Below, in pieces: positions 16,957 to 25,655 of a stretch of 32,107 nt of DNA. Under the pieces are notes generated by a model. The model saw only the letters and a program-made list of their open reading frames with translations, ran no database searches and was not told where the DNA came from. The position numbers were made by a program, and so were the translations under genes. Position 1 is the stretch's first letter, and every line of letters starts with the position of its first letter. This stretch comes from an uncultured Syntrophaceae bacterium. Its GTDB lineage: Bacteria; Desulfobacterota; Syntrophia; Syntrophales; UBA2210. The DNA lies in the NCBI GenBank assembly GCA_964468685.1, contig CAYXUH010000003.1:1-32107 (forward strand), in the 5' to 3' direction.

Positions 16957-17068
16957 CACGGCCCTCTTACAATTCTCTGACAGAAAAACTGCACCGGGAA
17001 GACGCGACCCTGGTAGAGCTTTGTTATCGAAACGTGCCACGGAAACAAGGCAGGGACCGTAGGCAAAG

Positions 17069-17121
17069 AACGGGGGTATCCGTAATCATGATTGCCTGCA
17101 CACATTACCGATACCCCCGTT
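17069..17121 (-). terminator. Long hairpin immediately downstream of htrA (possible terminator or mRNA-stabilising stem; no U-tract)
   Basis: AACGGGGGTATC (17069..17080) pairs perfectly with GATACCCCCGTT (17110..17121). After a C-C mismatch, an inner GTAAT/ATTAC stem adds 5 bp around a 17-nt loop. The hairpin starts 7 nt after the htrA stop codon. Confidence 0.4.
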
Positions 17122-17127
17122 TGTATG

Positions 17128-18615
17128 TTATTTCCGAATCACGGCAAAGAACTTTGACGTTCCTCTCTGTATCAGCACGAGGATACTGTCGCCGGCAACC
17201 GCTCTCGGCATCACCTTTCGATAATCTTTCATCGAAGCGATTCGCGCCCTGTTAACCTGTCGCACAATATCCCCTGCCTTGATACCCGCTTCCTCTGCCG
17301 GACTACCGCCCGCCACCTGGGAGATAACCACTCCTGTAGCATCTGCAATCCCGAGGTGATCGGCAATTTCGGGAGTTATCTCCTGGACAGTAATACCAAA
17401 GTATTCTTTGCTTTCTTCGGGCTGCTCCTCGGCCAGGTCCTTACTCTCCGGGCGTTCCGTAACCGTAACCGTAAACATCTTGTGCTTGCCGTCCCGCACC
17501 ACATTGATCTTCACCTTTTCGCCTACGGCGACGCTTGCGACTATTTTTATAAGCTCATGTGTATCCTTTACGCTTTTTCCATCAATCTCAACTATGACGT
17601 CTCCCGTTCTTATTCCTGCCTTATCGGCAGGATCCCCCTTAAACACGTCAGAGACAAGGGCCCCTTCGGCTGTTTTCAGGTTCAGGTTTTTGGCAATGTC
17701 CTCTGTTATCCCCTGCACAGAAACGCCCAACCAACCACGTATTACCTTCCCCTTCGTTCTCAGATTGGGAAGTATCTCCTTTGCCATATCGATCGGTATG
17801 GCAAAACCGATCCCCTGCCCCTGGGCGACGATTGCCGTATTGATCCCGACGACTTCTCCGCTCAGGTTGAAGAGGGGACCTCCACTATTCCCGGGGTTGA
17901 TGGAGGCATCCGTCTGTATAAAATCATCATACGGTCCAGCTCCTATAACCCGACCCTTGGCACTTACGATGCCCGCCGTTACGGTCTGGGAGAGACCGAA
18001 AGGATTCCCTATCGCGATAACCCAGTCTCCCACCCGTAGTTTTGAAGAATCTCCCAATTTGACAACAGGCAGACCATTGTCAGGTTCGATCTTCAGCAGG
18101 GCTATGTCTGTGTTTTTGTCCTTACCCTTTACCGTGGCGTCGTACTCTTTCCCATTGGAAAGCTTGACCACTATCTTATCGGCCTGCTCCACCACATGAT
18201 TGTTTGTAAAGATATATCCATCCTCGCTGATGATGAACCCGGATCCCAGGCTCCTCTGCTTAAACTCTCTTCCCGGCGTGTCACCGAAAAACCTTTTAAA
18301 GAACTCCTCCCCACCGAAAAATCTTTCAAACCGCGGGTCGTTGAAAGGGGCTCGGTATCCGCCGGTAGCGATTGTCTTTGTTGTGCTGATATTGACAACC
18401 GCGGGTTTCAGTTGCTCCGCCAGGTCCGCAAAGGACGATGGGGCGCTGTTGATCACCTCCGGCGTCGAGGCCGCCATGGCATCACGCGAAGACATATCGA
18501 AAGACAGAGCAGAAAAGTGTACTGTCCCCACAAAAGAAAGGATAAAAATCGTTACAAGAAACGCCCCCAAGACAGACATAACCTGTTTTCTTTTTTTTGT
18601 TCCTTCAGAATTCAT
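17128..18615 (-). CDS. htrA: Periplasmic serine endoprotease, DegP/HtrA (Do) family, with two PDZ domains
   Basis: The catalytic triad contexts are TNNHVV, TDIALLKI and GNSGGPL. Two PDZ-like repeats are present (GWLGV...GD.I..IDG and GI.V.....GSPA..AGI..GDIV). The start is placed at the ATG at 18615 (MNSEGTKK..., then a signal/anchor helix), preceded by GGAGGGG. The 63 codons upstream in the track ORF are probably untranslated. Confidence 0.9.
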   Translation of the reverse strand: MNSEGTKKRKQVMSVLGAFLVTIFILSFVGTVHFSALSFDMSSRDAMAASTPEVINSAPSSFADLAEQLKPAVVNISTTKTIATGGYRAPFNDPRFERFFGGEEFFKRFFGDTPGREFKQRSLGSGFIISEDGYIFTNNHVVEQADKIVVKLSNGKEYDATVKGKDKNTDIALLKIEPDNGLPVVKLGDSSKLRVGDWVIAIGNPFGLSQTVTAGIVSAKGRVIGAGPYDDFIQTDASINPGNSGGPLFNLSGEVVGINTAIVAQGQGIGFAIPIDMAKEILPNLRTKGKVIRGWLGVSVQGITEDIAKNLNLKTAEGALVSDVFKGDPADKAGIRTGDVIVEIDGKSVKDTHELIKIVASVAVGEKVKINVVRDGKHKMFTVTVTERPESKDLAEEQPEESKEYFGITVQEITPEIADHLGIADATGVVISQVAGGSPAEEAGIKAGDIVRQVNRARIASMKDYRKVMPRAVAGDSILVLIQRGTSKFFAVIRK

Positions 18616-18889
18616 TGCACCCCTCCAATACTTCGAAATTAAAAATCTCGTTCCAGACGGTCGCTGTCGTGTCCGCTTTATGACACGGGCAGACCCAAGG
18701 ATGTTCTCAATAGAACCTAAAAACATCAACCCCTTGCTTTGGATTCCCCATAGTACCACCAGTAAACTAGCTACAAACACCCCCACAACCTTACGAGAAG
18801 GCAAGGCCTAACAAGAGTGCAAATAGCCCATAAATAAGCATTCGACGTTACAAGAAACGCATCTCTATCCTATGTCGAGAGGTCCTTCA

Positions 18890-19693
18890 TCATTCTCTCG
18901 TCACGGGGTTTGTCAGTTCACCAATCTGCTCAATGGAAATGGTAACGCTATCCCCCTTCTTCAGAAATACAGGAGGCATGCGGGTAAAGCCCACCCCCTC
19001 AGGTGTACCAGTCAGTATCACCGTCCCGGGTAATAACGTCAGAGATCGGCTAATATCACTGATTATTGCGGGGATGTCAAAGATCATGTCGGATGTATTG
19101 GAATCCTGCATAATCTCACCGTTGAGCATCGTCCGTATCCTCAGCTCGTCCGCGTTTTTCACCGCATCTTTCGTCACAAGATATGGCCCGAGGGGGCAAA
19201 ACGTATCAAAACTTTTTCCCCTTGCCCATTGTTTCTTCTGCTTGAGCGCCTGCCAGTCACGAGCGCTGACATCATTAGCGCAGGTATATCCCAGCACATA
19301 GTTCAGGGCCTCGGCACGCGAAACATTCTTTGCTTTCTTACCGATTATGACAGCCAGTTCCGCTTCATAGTCCACTTCGTCAGGCCCTGCGGCGGGGAGC
19401 ACGATGGGTGCTCCATGACCAATAATGCTGCTGGTGGCCTTCAGAAACAAGACCGGACTCTCCGGTTTCCGTATATCTGTTTCATCGGCATGTTTACCGT
19501 AATTCAGGCCAAGGGCTATGATGTTGGGCGGATAGACGGGGGGCAAGAGGGTCTCTATACGCTCCACCCTGCCCGACAGTTTAATATCCCCGAAGATACC
19601 TCCGTCAATAACAGTGGCAGTATCCGGCACTGTTGGATCGAACGCCCCAGACAGCACCTCCCCGCTCGGTGAACGGAATCTCACAATCTTCAT
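18890..19693 (-). CDS. Fumarylacetoacetate hydrolase (FAH) family protein
   Basis: A 267-aa ORF with IIALGLNY..H, E.ELAVIIGK, GYT.ANDVSARD.Q, KSFDTFCPLGP and the GT.ILTGTPEGVG motifs of the FAH / 2-keto-4-pentenoate hydratase-type fold. Confidence 0.85.
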   Translation of the reverse strand: MKIVRFRSPSGEVLSGAFDPTVPDTATVIDGGIFGDIKLSGRVERIETLLPPVYPPNIIALGLNYGKHADETDIRKPESPVLFLKATSSIIGHGAPIVLPAAGPDEVDYEAELAVIIGKKAKNVSRAEALNYVLGYTCANDVSARDWQALKQKKQWARGKSFDTFCPLGPYLVTKDAVKNADELRIRTMLNGEIMQDSNTSDMIFDIPAIISDISRSLTLLPGTVILTGTPEGVGFTRMPPVFLKKGDSVTISIEQIGELTNPVTRE

Positions 19694-19719
19694 TCTCTAT
19701 CCCTTCGAATGTTCAACCG

Positions 19720-20691
19720 CTATAAATGTTTTGCGTCTTTTGCCAGATAATTTTTCACATAATCCGACACGGCTTCCTCGAGCGGCAACGCCCGCACGGG
19801 GCACCCTGCCGAAAAGAGCTTGTCCATCTTCGCTTCAGTAAAATACTGATAGTTCGGTCTGATTATCTCGGGCATCTCTATGTATTCAATCTCTGGCTTC
19901 ACGTCCATTGCGGCAAATACCGCCCGCGTCAAGTCGGTCCACGTCCGGGCATGTCCCGTCCCGAGATTGAACAGGCCGTTTACTCCCCTGTTTTCGAGAA
20001 GCCACCAGATCACATCCGCACAATCCTTCACATAGACAAAGTCTCGCTTCTGCTCGCCATCACGGAAATCAGGCCGATAAGATTTGAAGAGCTTCACCCT
20101 CCCTGTCTCACGGATCTGACCGAACGATTTGTGGATAACGCTTCGCATATCCTCCTTGTGATATTCATTCGGACCGAAAACATTAAAAAATTTGATGCCC
20201 GCAATCTTTTTATCCAGCCCATTTCTCAGGGCCCACAGGTCAAACAGCTGCTTGGAATACCCATACATGTTTATGGGACGCAGCTGGGTACTTACGCTGT
20301 CCTCATCGGAAAATCCCTGAGAGCCGTCCCCATAGGTAGCAGCGCTGCTCGCATAGATGAAGCGTATATCCTTTTCGACGGCCCATCTCGCAAGTTGTGC
20401 GGTGTAGCGATAATTGTTCTCCATGAGGTAATCCGCATCTTGCTGCGTTGTTGAGGAACACGCGCCCATGTGGACAATGGCCTCAACATCGAACGGCACC
20501 GCATCATCGAGAATCAGTTCAAGGAAATCCTCCTTGTCCAGATAATCCGTAAACCGTCTGTTGACCAGGTTCTTCCACTTCTCGGATATTCCAAGGCTGT
20601 CAACGATAACAATATCATCAACACCCTGTGCATTCAGCTTCCATACGACCGCGCTACCTATAAATCCCGCTCCACCCGTGACTACAATCAT
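19720..20691 (-). CDS. hldD: ADP-L-glycero-D-manno-heptose 6-epimerase
   Basis: MIVVTGGAGFIGS... aligns by eye along its length with E. coli HldD (RfaD): HMGACSSTT, FIYASSAATYG, NMYGYSK, FFNVFGPNE.HK, RDFVYV.D, GLFNLGTG. The start is at the ATG at 20691 (RBS GAGGGG). The track ORF extends 8 codons further, to 20715. Confidence 0.9.
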   Translation of the reverse strand: MIVVTGGAGFIGSAVVWKLNAQGVDDIVIVDSLGISEKWKNLVNRRFTDYLDKEDFLELILDDAVPFDVEAIVHMGACSSTTQQDADYLMENNYRYTAQLARWAVEKDIRFIYASSAATYGDGSQGFSDEDSVSTQLRPINMYGYSKQLFDLWALRNGLDKKIAGIKFFNVFGPNEYHKEDMRSVIHKSFGQIRETGRVKLFKSYRPDFRDGEQKRDFVYVKDCADVIWWLLENRGVNGLFNLGTGHARTWTDLTRAVFAAMDVKPEIEYIEMPEIIRPNYQYFTEAKMDKLFSAGCPVRALPLEEAVSDYVKNYLAKDAKHL

Positions 20692-20865
20692 TCGAATCCC
20701 CTCTGCTGCCGGCATGGTATCCTCCGGGATCCATGAGGCATCGTTGTCGTGAGAAATGTTTCTACAAACAGCAATGATGCGTGCCGTCCCCCATCACGCT
20801 ATTATCAGGAAATAAGGTAAGGTTCACATACGTCAAAGTCAAGTTTTTTATAGATTTTCCCAGGG

Positions 20866-21597
20866 TCAGAGATTGTGGGGCTTTCCTCTCCCATACAGGT
20901 CGACTTGATGACATATGCCCCGTATTACTTTCACATCCTTGGCAAGGAGTGTGGTTCTCGAAAAGAGGCGCCGCACATTTGTCATCCAGTAATCCGGGCT
21001 CTGCGCCTTTATGAAGCCTATCCGCAGAAACATCTCCTTCAGATGATCATACATGGCCTCGGTCTCCTCCACCGTGGCCAGTTTCTGGGCAAAAACGGAC
21101 GTGCCCTCAGAACATGCGGTAAATATCTCATAGCAGATGATCATGACCGCATGAGAAAGATTGATGGATTTCATGTCACCCGACGTGGGAATTTTGACCA
21201 GGAGATCGCAGGATTTGAGTTCCTTGTTGGTAAGCCCCCGGTCTTCGGGACCGAAGACCAGCGCTATCTTGTTGTTCTGAGACATACTGACGATCTCTTC
21301 CGCCATTTTCCGTGGATATATCATCGACCTTTTAAGGCTGGTGTCTCCCGATCTTCCGGTTGTCCCCACAACATACTGAAAGGGCGCGAGCGCCTGATCC
21401 AGGCTATCAAAATATTGAATTTTTTCAACAACATCAATGGCAAAATGGGTCGACAGCTGTTCGATTTTTTCCCTATCTGCATTCAGGGGATTGATGACTA
21501 TGAGGCTGCTTATCCCCATATTTTTAGCGCACCGGGCAACAGACCCGATATTGCCAGGGTGTTTTGGTTTGTTCAGTACTACCGTCAGGTTCTCCAT
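20866..21597 (-). CDS. trmJ: tRNA (cytidine/uridine-2'-O-)-methyltransferase TrmJ-like (SpoU/TrmH family)
   Basis: From MENLTVVLNKPKHPGNIGSVARCAKNMG it aligns with the E. coli TrmJ N-terminus. It also has ALVFGPEDRGLTN.EL, SINLSHAV and the TrmJ-type C-terminal extension (RRLFSR...L.GI). The start is therefore taken at 21597, not 21669. Confidence 0.8.
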   Translation of the reverse strand: MENLTVVLNKPKHPGNIGSVARCAKNMGISSLIVINPLNADREKIEQLSTHFAIDVVEKIQYFDSLDQALAPFQYVVGTTGRSGDTSLKRSMIYPRKMAEEIVSMSQNNKIALVFGPEDRGLTNKELKSCDLLVKIPTSGDMKSINLSHAVMIICYEIFTACSEGTSVFAQKLATVEETEAMYDHLKEMFLRIGFIKAQSPDYWMTNVRRLFSRTTLLAKDVKVIRGICHQVDLYGRGKPHNL

Positions 21598-21809
21598 CGT
21601 TGCCTTTTCCACGTTCCGCCCCTGCCCTTTTTGGTATTGCATAAAGACTGCTCTTGACCTAGAATCCATGACCAGTTGAGTTGTGCTATATCATAACTTG
21701 CTGAGGTCTTCCATGGTATATCTCAACCGTTGAAACTATGATTTTAGGGGCATTATCTTATGCCATTATGTCTTGTGCTTGTGACCCTATGGGATCTGAT
21801 TGACTACAA

Positions 21810-22478
21810 ATGGAAAACACACCAAATATACTCGCCGGGGCCGTCTCGGAGATTGGTATAACGCTCACTGATGAAAAAATAGATCTTCTCATTGAATATT
21901 ACAGGGAATTGTCCTTCTGGAACAAAAAGATGTCGCTTGTCTCGCTGAAGTCCCCCCTTGATATAACCAAACACCTGATCGATTCTCTCACTCCTGTCCG
22001 GCTTATTAAAGACCGTCATTCAAAACTGCTGGATATAGGGACAGGGGCCGGTCTGCCGGGAATCCCGCTCAAAATAGCATTGGAGTCGCTTCGCGTTACC
22101 CTCCTCGATACATCCCGCAAAAAGACCTCTTTTCTCAAGAGCGTCATCCGCACGCTTGAACTGAGGGATATCGAGGTTGTAAACAGCAGGGCGGAAGGGT
22201 TGACGGTTGAGGATGGTTACAAGGGTGCTTTTGATATAGTCATATCCAGGGCGGCCTTCAAAATCCCCTACCTTCTCACCGTGGGAGCGCCTTTTTTATC
22301 TGACGGTGGAATCTTGATAGCTATGAAGGGAAAACATGCCGATGACGAGCTGACACAGGGAGCGGATGCGATCAGGAAAACGGGCCTTGCATTGACGGGG
22401 TCCCATGAGATAGAACTTCCCATAACGGGAGAATCAAGAAAACTCCTCTGTTTTTCCAAAGCTCCACCCAAAGAGTAG
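21810..22478 (+). CDS. rsmG: 16S rRNA (guanine527-N7)-methyltransferase
   Basis: The GidB pattern is present: ...L...N...NL.S......I...H..DSL, the SAM-binding LLDIGTGAGLPGIPLKI, LLD...KK..FL and V.SRA. Its position next to parAB is typical. Confidence 0.9.
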   Translation: MENTPNILAGAVSEIGITLTDEKIDLLIEYYRELSFWNKKMSLVSLKSPLDITKHLIDSLTPVRLIKDRHSKLLDIGTGAGLPGIPLKIALESLRVTLLDTSRKKTSFLKSVIRTLELRDIEVVNSRAEGLTVEDGYKGAFDIVISRAAFKIPYLLTVGAPFLSDGGILIAMKGKHADDELTQGADAIRKTGLALTGSHEIELPITGESRKLLCFSKAPPKE

Positions 22479-22605
22479 GCGTCACTGCAAACCAGCTCCC
22501 AGACGGATTGTATTTCTAAATTACTACTTCTCAAATGCCCTGTTGTATGCTAGCATATCGACGTTATTCTGAATGTAGACTTGCAGAAAGAAAATCATTT
22601 AAATA

Positions 22606-23376
22606 ATGAGAAAAATCATATGCATAGCCAACCAGAAGGGGGGGGTCGGTAAAACAACGACCGCTATCAATTTATCGGCTTCTCTGGCTGCTGCAGAAAA
22701 AAGAACGCTCCTGATAGATTGTGACTCTCAGGGAAACGCTACCAGTGGTGTGGGTATCGATCCGTCCACGATACGTGAAAAAAACCTCTACTATGGTCTT
22801 ACTCAAGATGCCCCTTTTCAGGAAATTGTCTGTAAGACAGATATCGCAACGCTCGACATTATTCCCTCTAATCAGGATCTTATAGGCGTTGAAATAGAGT
22901 TCGTATCACTCAAGGATAGAGAAAAAAGGCTGAGAAATTTTCTAAAAAAAATTGACACGCCTTATGAATTTATTATAATTGATTGTCCTCCGTCCCTTGG
23001 ATTTTTGACCGTTAATTCCCTCGTGGCAGCCGATTCGGTGATAATTCCATTGCAATGCGAATTCTTTGCACTGGAAGGTTTGGGCCAACTTCTTAACAGT
23101 GTTAAACTAGTGCAGGCCCGGCTTAATCCATCTCTATCCTTGGCTGGCATATTGCTGACCATGTTCGACCAGAGGAACCGGCTTTCCCACCAGGTAGCCG
23201 ACGAGGCCAGGAAGTTTTTTGGGTCTAACGTGTTTAAAACCGTCATACCAAGAAATGTCAGGCTTTCCGAAAGTCCCAGCCATGGATTGCCTATTATACT
23301 ATACGATATCCAGTCCCGCGGTGCAGTTTCATATATGGAACTGGCACGGGAAATCCTGGCAAATGGAAGGGTGTAA
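22606..23376 (+). CDS. parA: Chromosome partitioning ATPase ParA/Soj
   Basis: It has the deviant Walker A ANQKGGVGKTTT, plus DCDSQGNAT, IIIDCPPSLG and PRNVRLSESPSHG.PI. The stop overlaps the parB start (TAATG). Confidence 0.95.
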   Translation: MRKIICIANQKGGVGKTTTAINLSASLAAAEKRTLLIDCDSQGNATSGVGIDPSTIREKNLYYGLTQDAPFQEIVCKTDIATLDIIPSNQDLIGVEIEFVSLKDREKRLRNFLKKIDTPYEFIIIDCPPSLGFLTVNSLVAADSVIIPLQCEFFALEGLGQLLNSVKLVQARLNPSLSLAGILLTMFDQRNRLSHQVADEARKFFGSNVFKTVIPRNVRLSESPSHGLPIILYDIQSRGAVSYMELAREILANGRV

Positions 23377-24242
23377 TGTCTAAGAAAAACGCTTTAGGGA
23401 AGGGGCTCGGCGCTATATTCCCGGATCTTATGGAAGATCCCGCTGATAAACCACATTTTGCCCTGTGCGGAATCGAGGAATTATCACCGAACAGGTTCCA
23501 GGCCCGCAAGGTCTTTGACGGGCACGAACTAAAGAAACTCACGGATTCCATCAAAAATAACGGCTTACTACAACCGATTCTTGTGAGAAAGTCCGACAAT
23601 GACGCAGGTTATGAAATTATCGCCGGGGAACGCAGGTGGAGGGCAGCCCAGGCTGCAGGGCTACGGGATGTTCCCATCGTTATCAGGCACAAGACACAAG
23701 ACCTGGATGTAGCACAGTTGTCTCTCATAGAAAATATTCAGCGGGAGGAGTTGAATCCTCTAGAAGAATCGGGTGCATACTATACCCTGATAGAAACCTT
23801 TCACCTTTCTCAGGATGAAATATCGTCACGGGTGGGAAAAGAGAGATCAACCATAGCAAATTCTCTTCGCCTCCAGAATCTTCCTGCAGTGGCAAAGGAG
23901 GCTCTGATAAAGAAGGAAATCTCCGCCGGACATGCGAGGGCTATTTTATCGGTTGATTCGCAGGAGGGACAGGTCGCTGTCCTGCGGGAGATTATCAGGA
24001 AAAAACTCAGTGTCAGAGAAGCTGAAAAACGGGTAAAAGAAGATATTGCCCAACCAAAACAGAAAAAAGCGGTACAGAAGGACCCGGACATTACAAATCT
24101 TGAAAATAAGATATCTGAACGATTAATGGCGAGGACCAATATCAAGCAATTACGCAAAGGGGGTATTATAGAAATACGGTTTCTCTCCTTAGATGACCTG
24201 GATAGGGTCTCTGAGGGCATTATGAGTGGGGAAAACCAGTAA
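23376..24242 (+). CDS. parB: Chromosome partitioning protein ParB/Spo0J
   Basis: It has the ParB box GLLQPILVR and the arginine patch IIAGERRWRAA. The HTH region is LSQDEISSRVGKERSTIANSLRL. Confidence 0.95.
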   Translation: MSKKNALGKGLGAIFPDLMEDPADKPHFALCGIEELSPNRFQARKVFDGHELKKLTDSIKNNGLLQPILVRKSDNDAGYEIIAGERRWRAAQAAGLRDVPIVIRHKTQDLDVAQLSLIENIQREELNPLEESGAYYTLIETFHLSQDEISSRVGKERSTIANSLRLQNLPAVAKEALIKKEISAGHARAILSVDSQEGQVAVLREIIRKKLSVREAEKRVKEDIAQPKQKKAVQKDPDITNLENKISERLMARTNIKQLRKGGIIEIRFLSLDDLDRVSEGIMSGENQ

Positions 24243-24276
24243 TATGTCGATGGTTGTACGACAAGGGGAGAAGATT

Positions 24277-24308
24277 TTATTAACATCTGTTGATAACACT
24301 GTGCATAA
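24277..24308. promoter_or_regulatory. Cluster of three DnaA-box-like 9-mers in the 78-bp parB-dnaA spacer
   Basis: TTATTAACA lies at 24277..24285. TGTTGATAA lies at 24288..24296 (reverse complement TTATCAACA, 1 mismatch to TTATCCACA). TGTGCATAA lies at 24300..24308 (reverse complement TTATGCACA, which fits the relaxed consensus TTATNCACA exactly). Confidence 0.55.
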
Positions 24309-24320
24309 AGGTTTATAAAT

Positions 24321-25655
24321 TTGGAAGCGTTCTGGAATGAAGGCGTTAAAATAATTAAAGAAAAGGTTAGCCAGCAGAACTTTGAAACCTGGATAAAACC
24401 TATCCGGGTAGTTTCGCTGGAAGAGAATAACGTACTTCTCGGGGTGCCTAATAAGTTCTTTAAAGACTGGCTTGTTGAGAATTACATCGACCTGATAAGC
24501 CATTCTCTTTCAAATGTGTCGGGTATTGACGTAGATATAAAATTTGTTGTCAGTAAATCCGAGGGTAGAGATACATCAATGGGAGGGGGGGGGCAAAAAA
24601 CCGTTCAGCGCACCCCTGTTCGCCTGCACTCATCACTTAACTTAAAATACACCTTCGAAAGGTTTGTGGTAGGGGCGTCCAATCAGTTTGCCAATGCCGC
24701 CGCTCTTTCGGTAGCTGAACAGCCGGCACGTAACTATAATCCCCTATTTGTTTACGGTGGAGTCGGTCTGGGGAAAACGCACCTGATAAATGCCATAGGT
24801 ATCCATACGGTCTCCCTCTATCCCCAAAAAAATGTCCTCTATGTATCGGCGGAGGAATTTATGAATGAGCTCATATATTCTATCCGGTACGATAAGATGT
24901 CGAATTTTAGGGAAAAGTATAGAAAGATAGATTCCCTTCTTATTGATGATATTCAATTTATTGCAGGCAAGGAAAGGACTCAGGAAGAGTTCTTCCACAC
25001 CTTTAATACCCTTCACGACTCGGGTAAGCAAATTGTCGTGACGAGTGATAAATTTCCAAAGGAAATGCAAAACCTAGAAGCGAGACTGCGGTCACGGTTT
25101 GAGTGGGGGTTAATAGCAGATATTCAACCCCCGGATATCGAAACAAGGATCGCTATTATAGAAAAGAAGGCTCATGAAAATAGTATTGATATATCAAGTG
25201 AGGTCACTCATTATATCGCTTCCGTCGCAGATTCAAACATACGGGAACTGGAAGGGATCCTCACGAGGATAGCGGCATACTCATCTCTGACGGGAAAGGA
25301 AATTAAGATAGATATTGTACGAGATGTTATTAAGAACCTCCTCAAACACTCGGTCAAGAGAGAAGTCACTATAGATGAAATTACGAAGGCCGTCGGGAGA
25401 AAATTTAATATTAAGGTAGGTGATATACGATCTCCTAAAAAGAATAAAAATCTTGTGCTCGCACGTCAGATAGTAATGTATCTTTCTAGAAAAATGACTA
25501 ATAACTCATTTCCTGATATAGGTGAAAAGGTGGGCGGAAGAGATCATTCAACGGTTATTTACTCAAATAATAAGATTAAAAAAATAATCGAAAAGGATTT
25601 TGAAGTAAGAAAAATTGTGGAAGAGATAGAGATGATTTTAAACACCGGGTATTAA
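24321..25655 (+). CDS. dnaA: Chromosomal replication initiator protein DnaA (TTG start)
   Basis: Domain I reads FWNEGVKIIKEKVSQQNFETWIKPI. The AAA+ module has the Walker A motif GGVGLGKTHL, LLIDDIQF and the sensor regions. Domain IV reads R.IVMYLSRK.T..SFPDIG...GGRDHSTV. An in-frame stop at 24306..24308 leaves the TTG at 24321 as the only usable start. AAAGG lies 9 nt upstream. Confidence 0.95.
   Translation: MEAFWNEGVKIIKEKVSQQNFETWIKPIRVVSLEENNVLLGVPNKFFKDWLVENYIDLISHSLSNVSGIDVDIKFVVSKSEGRDTSMGGGGQKTVQRTPVRLHSSLNLKYTFERFVVGASNQFANAAALSVAEQPARNYNPLFVYGGVGLGKTHLINAIGIHTVSLYPQKNVLYVSAEEFMNELIYSIRYDKMSNFREKYRKIDSLLIDDIQFIAGKERTQEEFFHTFNTLHDSGKQIVVTSDKFPKEMQNLEARLRSRFEWGLIADIQPPDIETRIAIIEKKAHENSIDISSEVTHYIASVADSNIRELEGILTRIAAYSSLTGKEIKIDIVRDVIKNLLKHSVKREVTIDEITKAVGRKFNIKVGDIRSPKKNKNLVLARQIVMYLSRKMTNNSFPDIGEKVGGRDHSTVIYSNNKIKKIIEKDFEVRKIVEEIEMILNTGY

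Noticed and set aside
17356-18199. 227-aa and 263-aa plus-strand ORFs opposite htrA
   Set aside because: They are antisense to a DegP/HtrA gene with a complete catalytic triad and PDZ domains. Their translations are low-complexity.
18735-18750. Sigma-54-like -24/-12 element (TGGGGAATCCAAAGCA on the minus strand) upstream of htrA
   Set aside because: Only the GG and GC dinucleotides at the correct spacing match. The flanking consensus positions (TGGCAC...TTGCA) do not.
19726-20454. 242-aa plus-strand ORF opposite hldD, and 260-aa plus-strand ORF (20875..21657) opposite trmJ
   Set aside because: Both are shadow ORFs of confidently identified minus-strand genes.
20685-20705. tRNA T-loop-like string TTCGAATCC
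   Set aside because: The flanking bases cannot form a T-stem or an acceptor stem. The string lies at the hldD start and RBS region.
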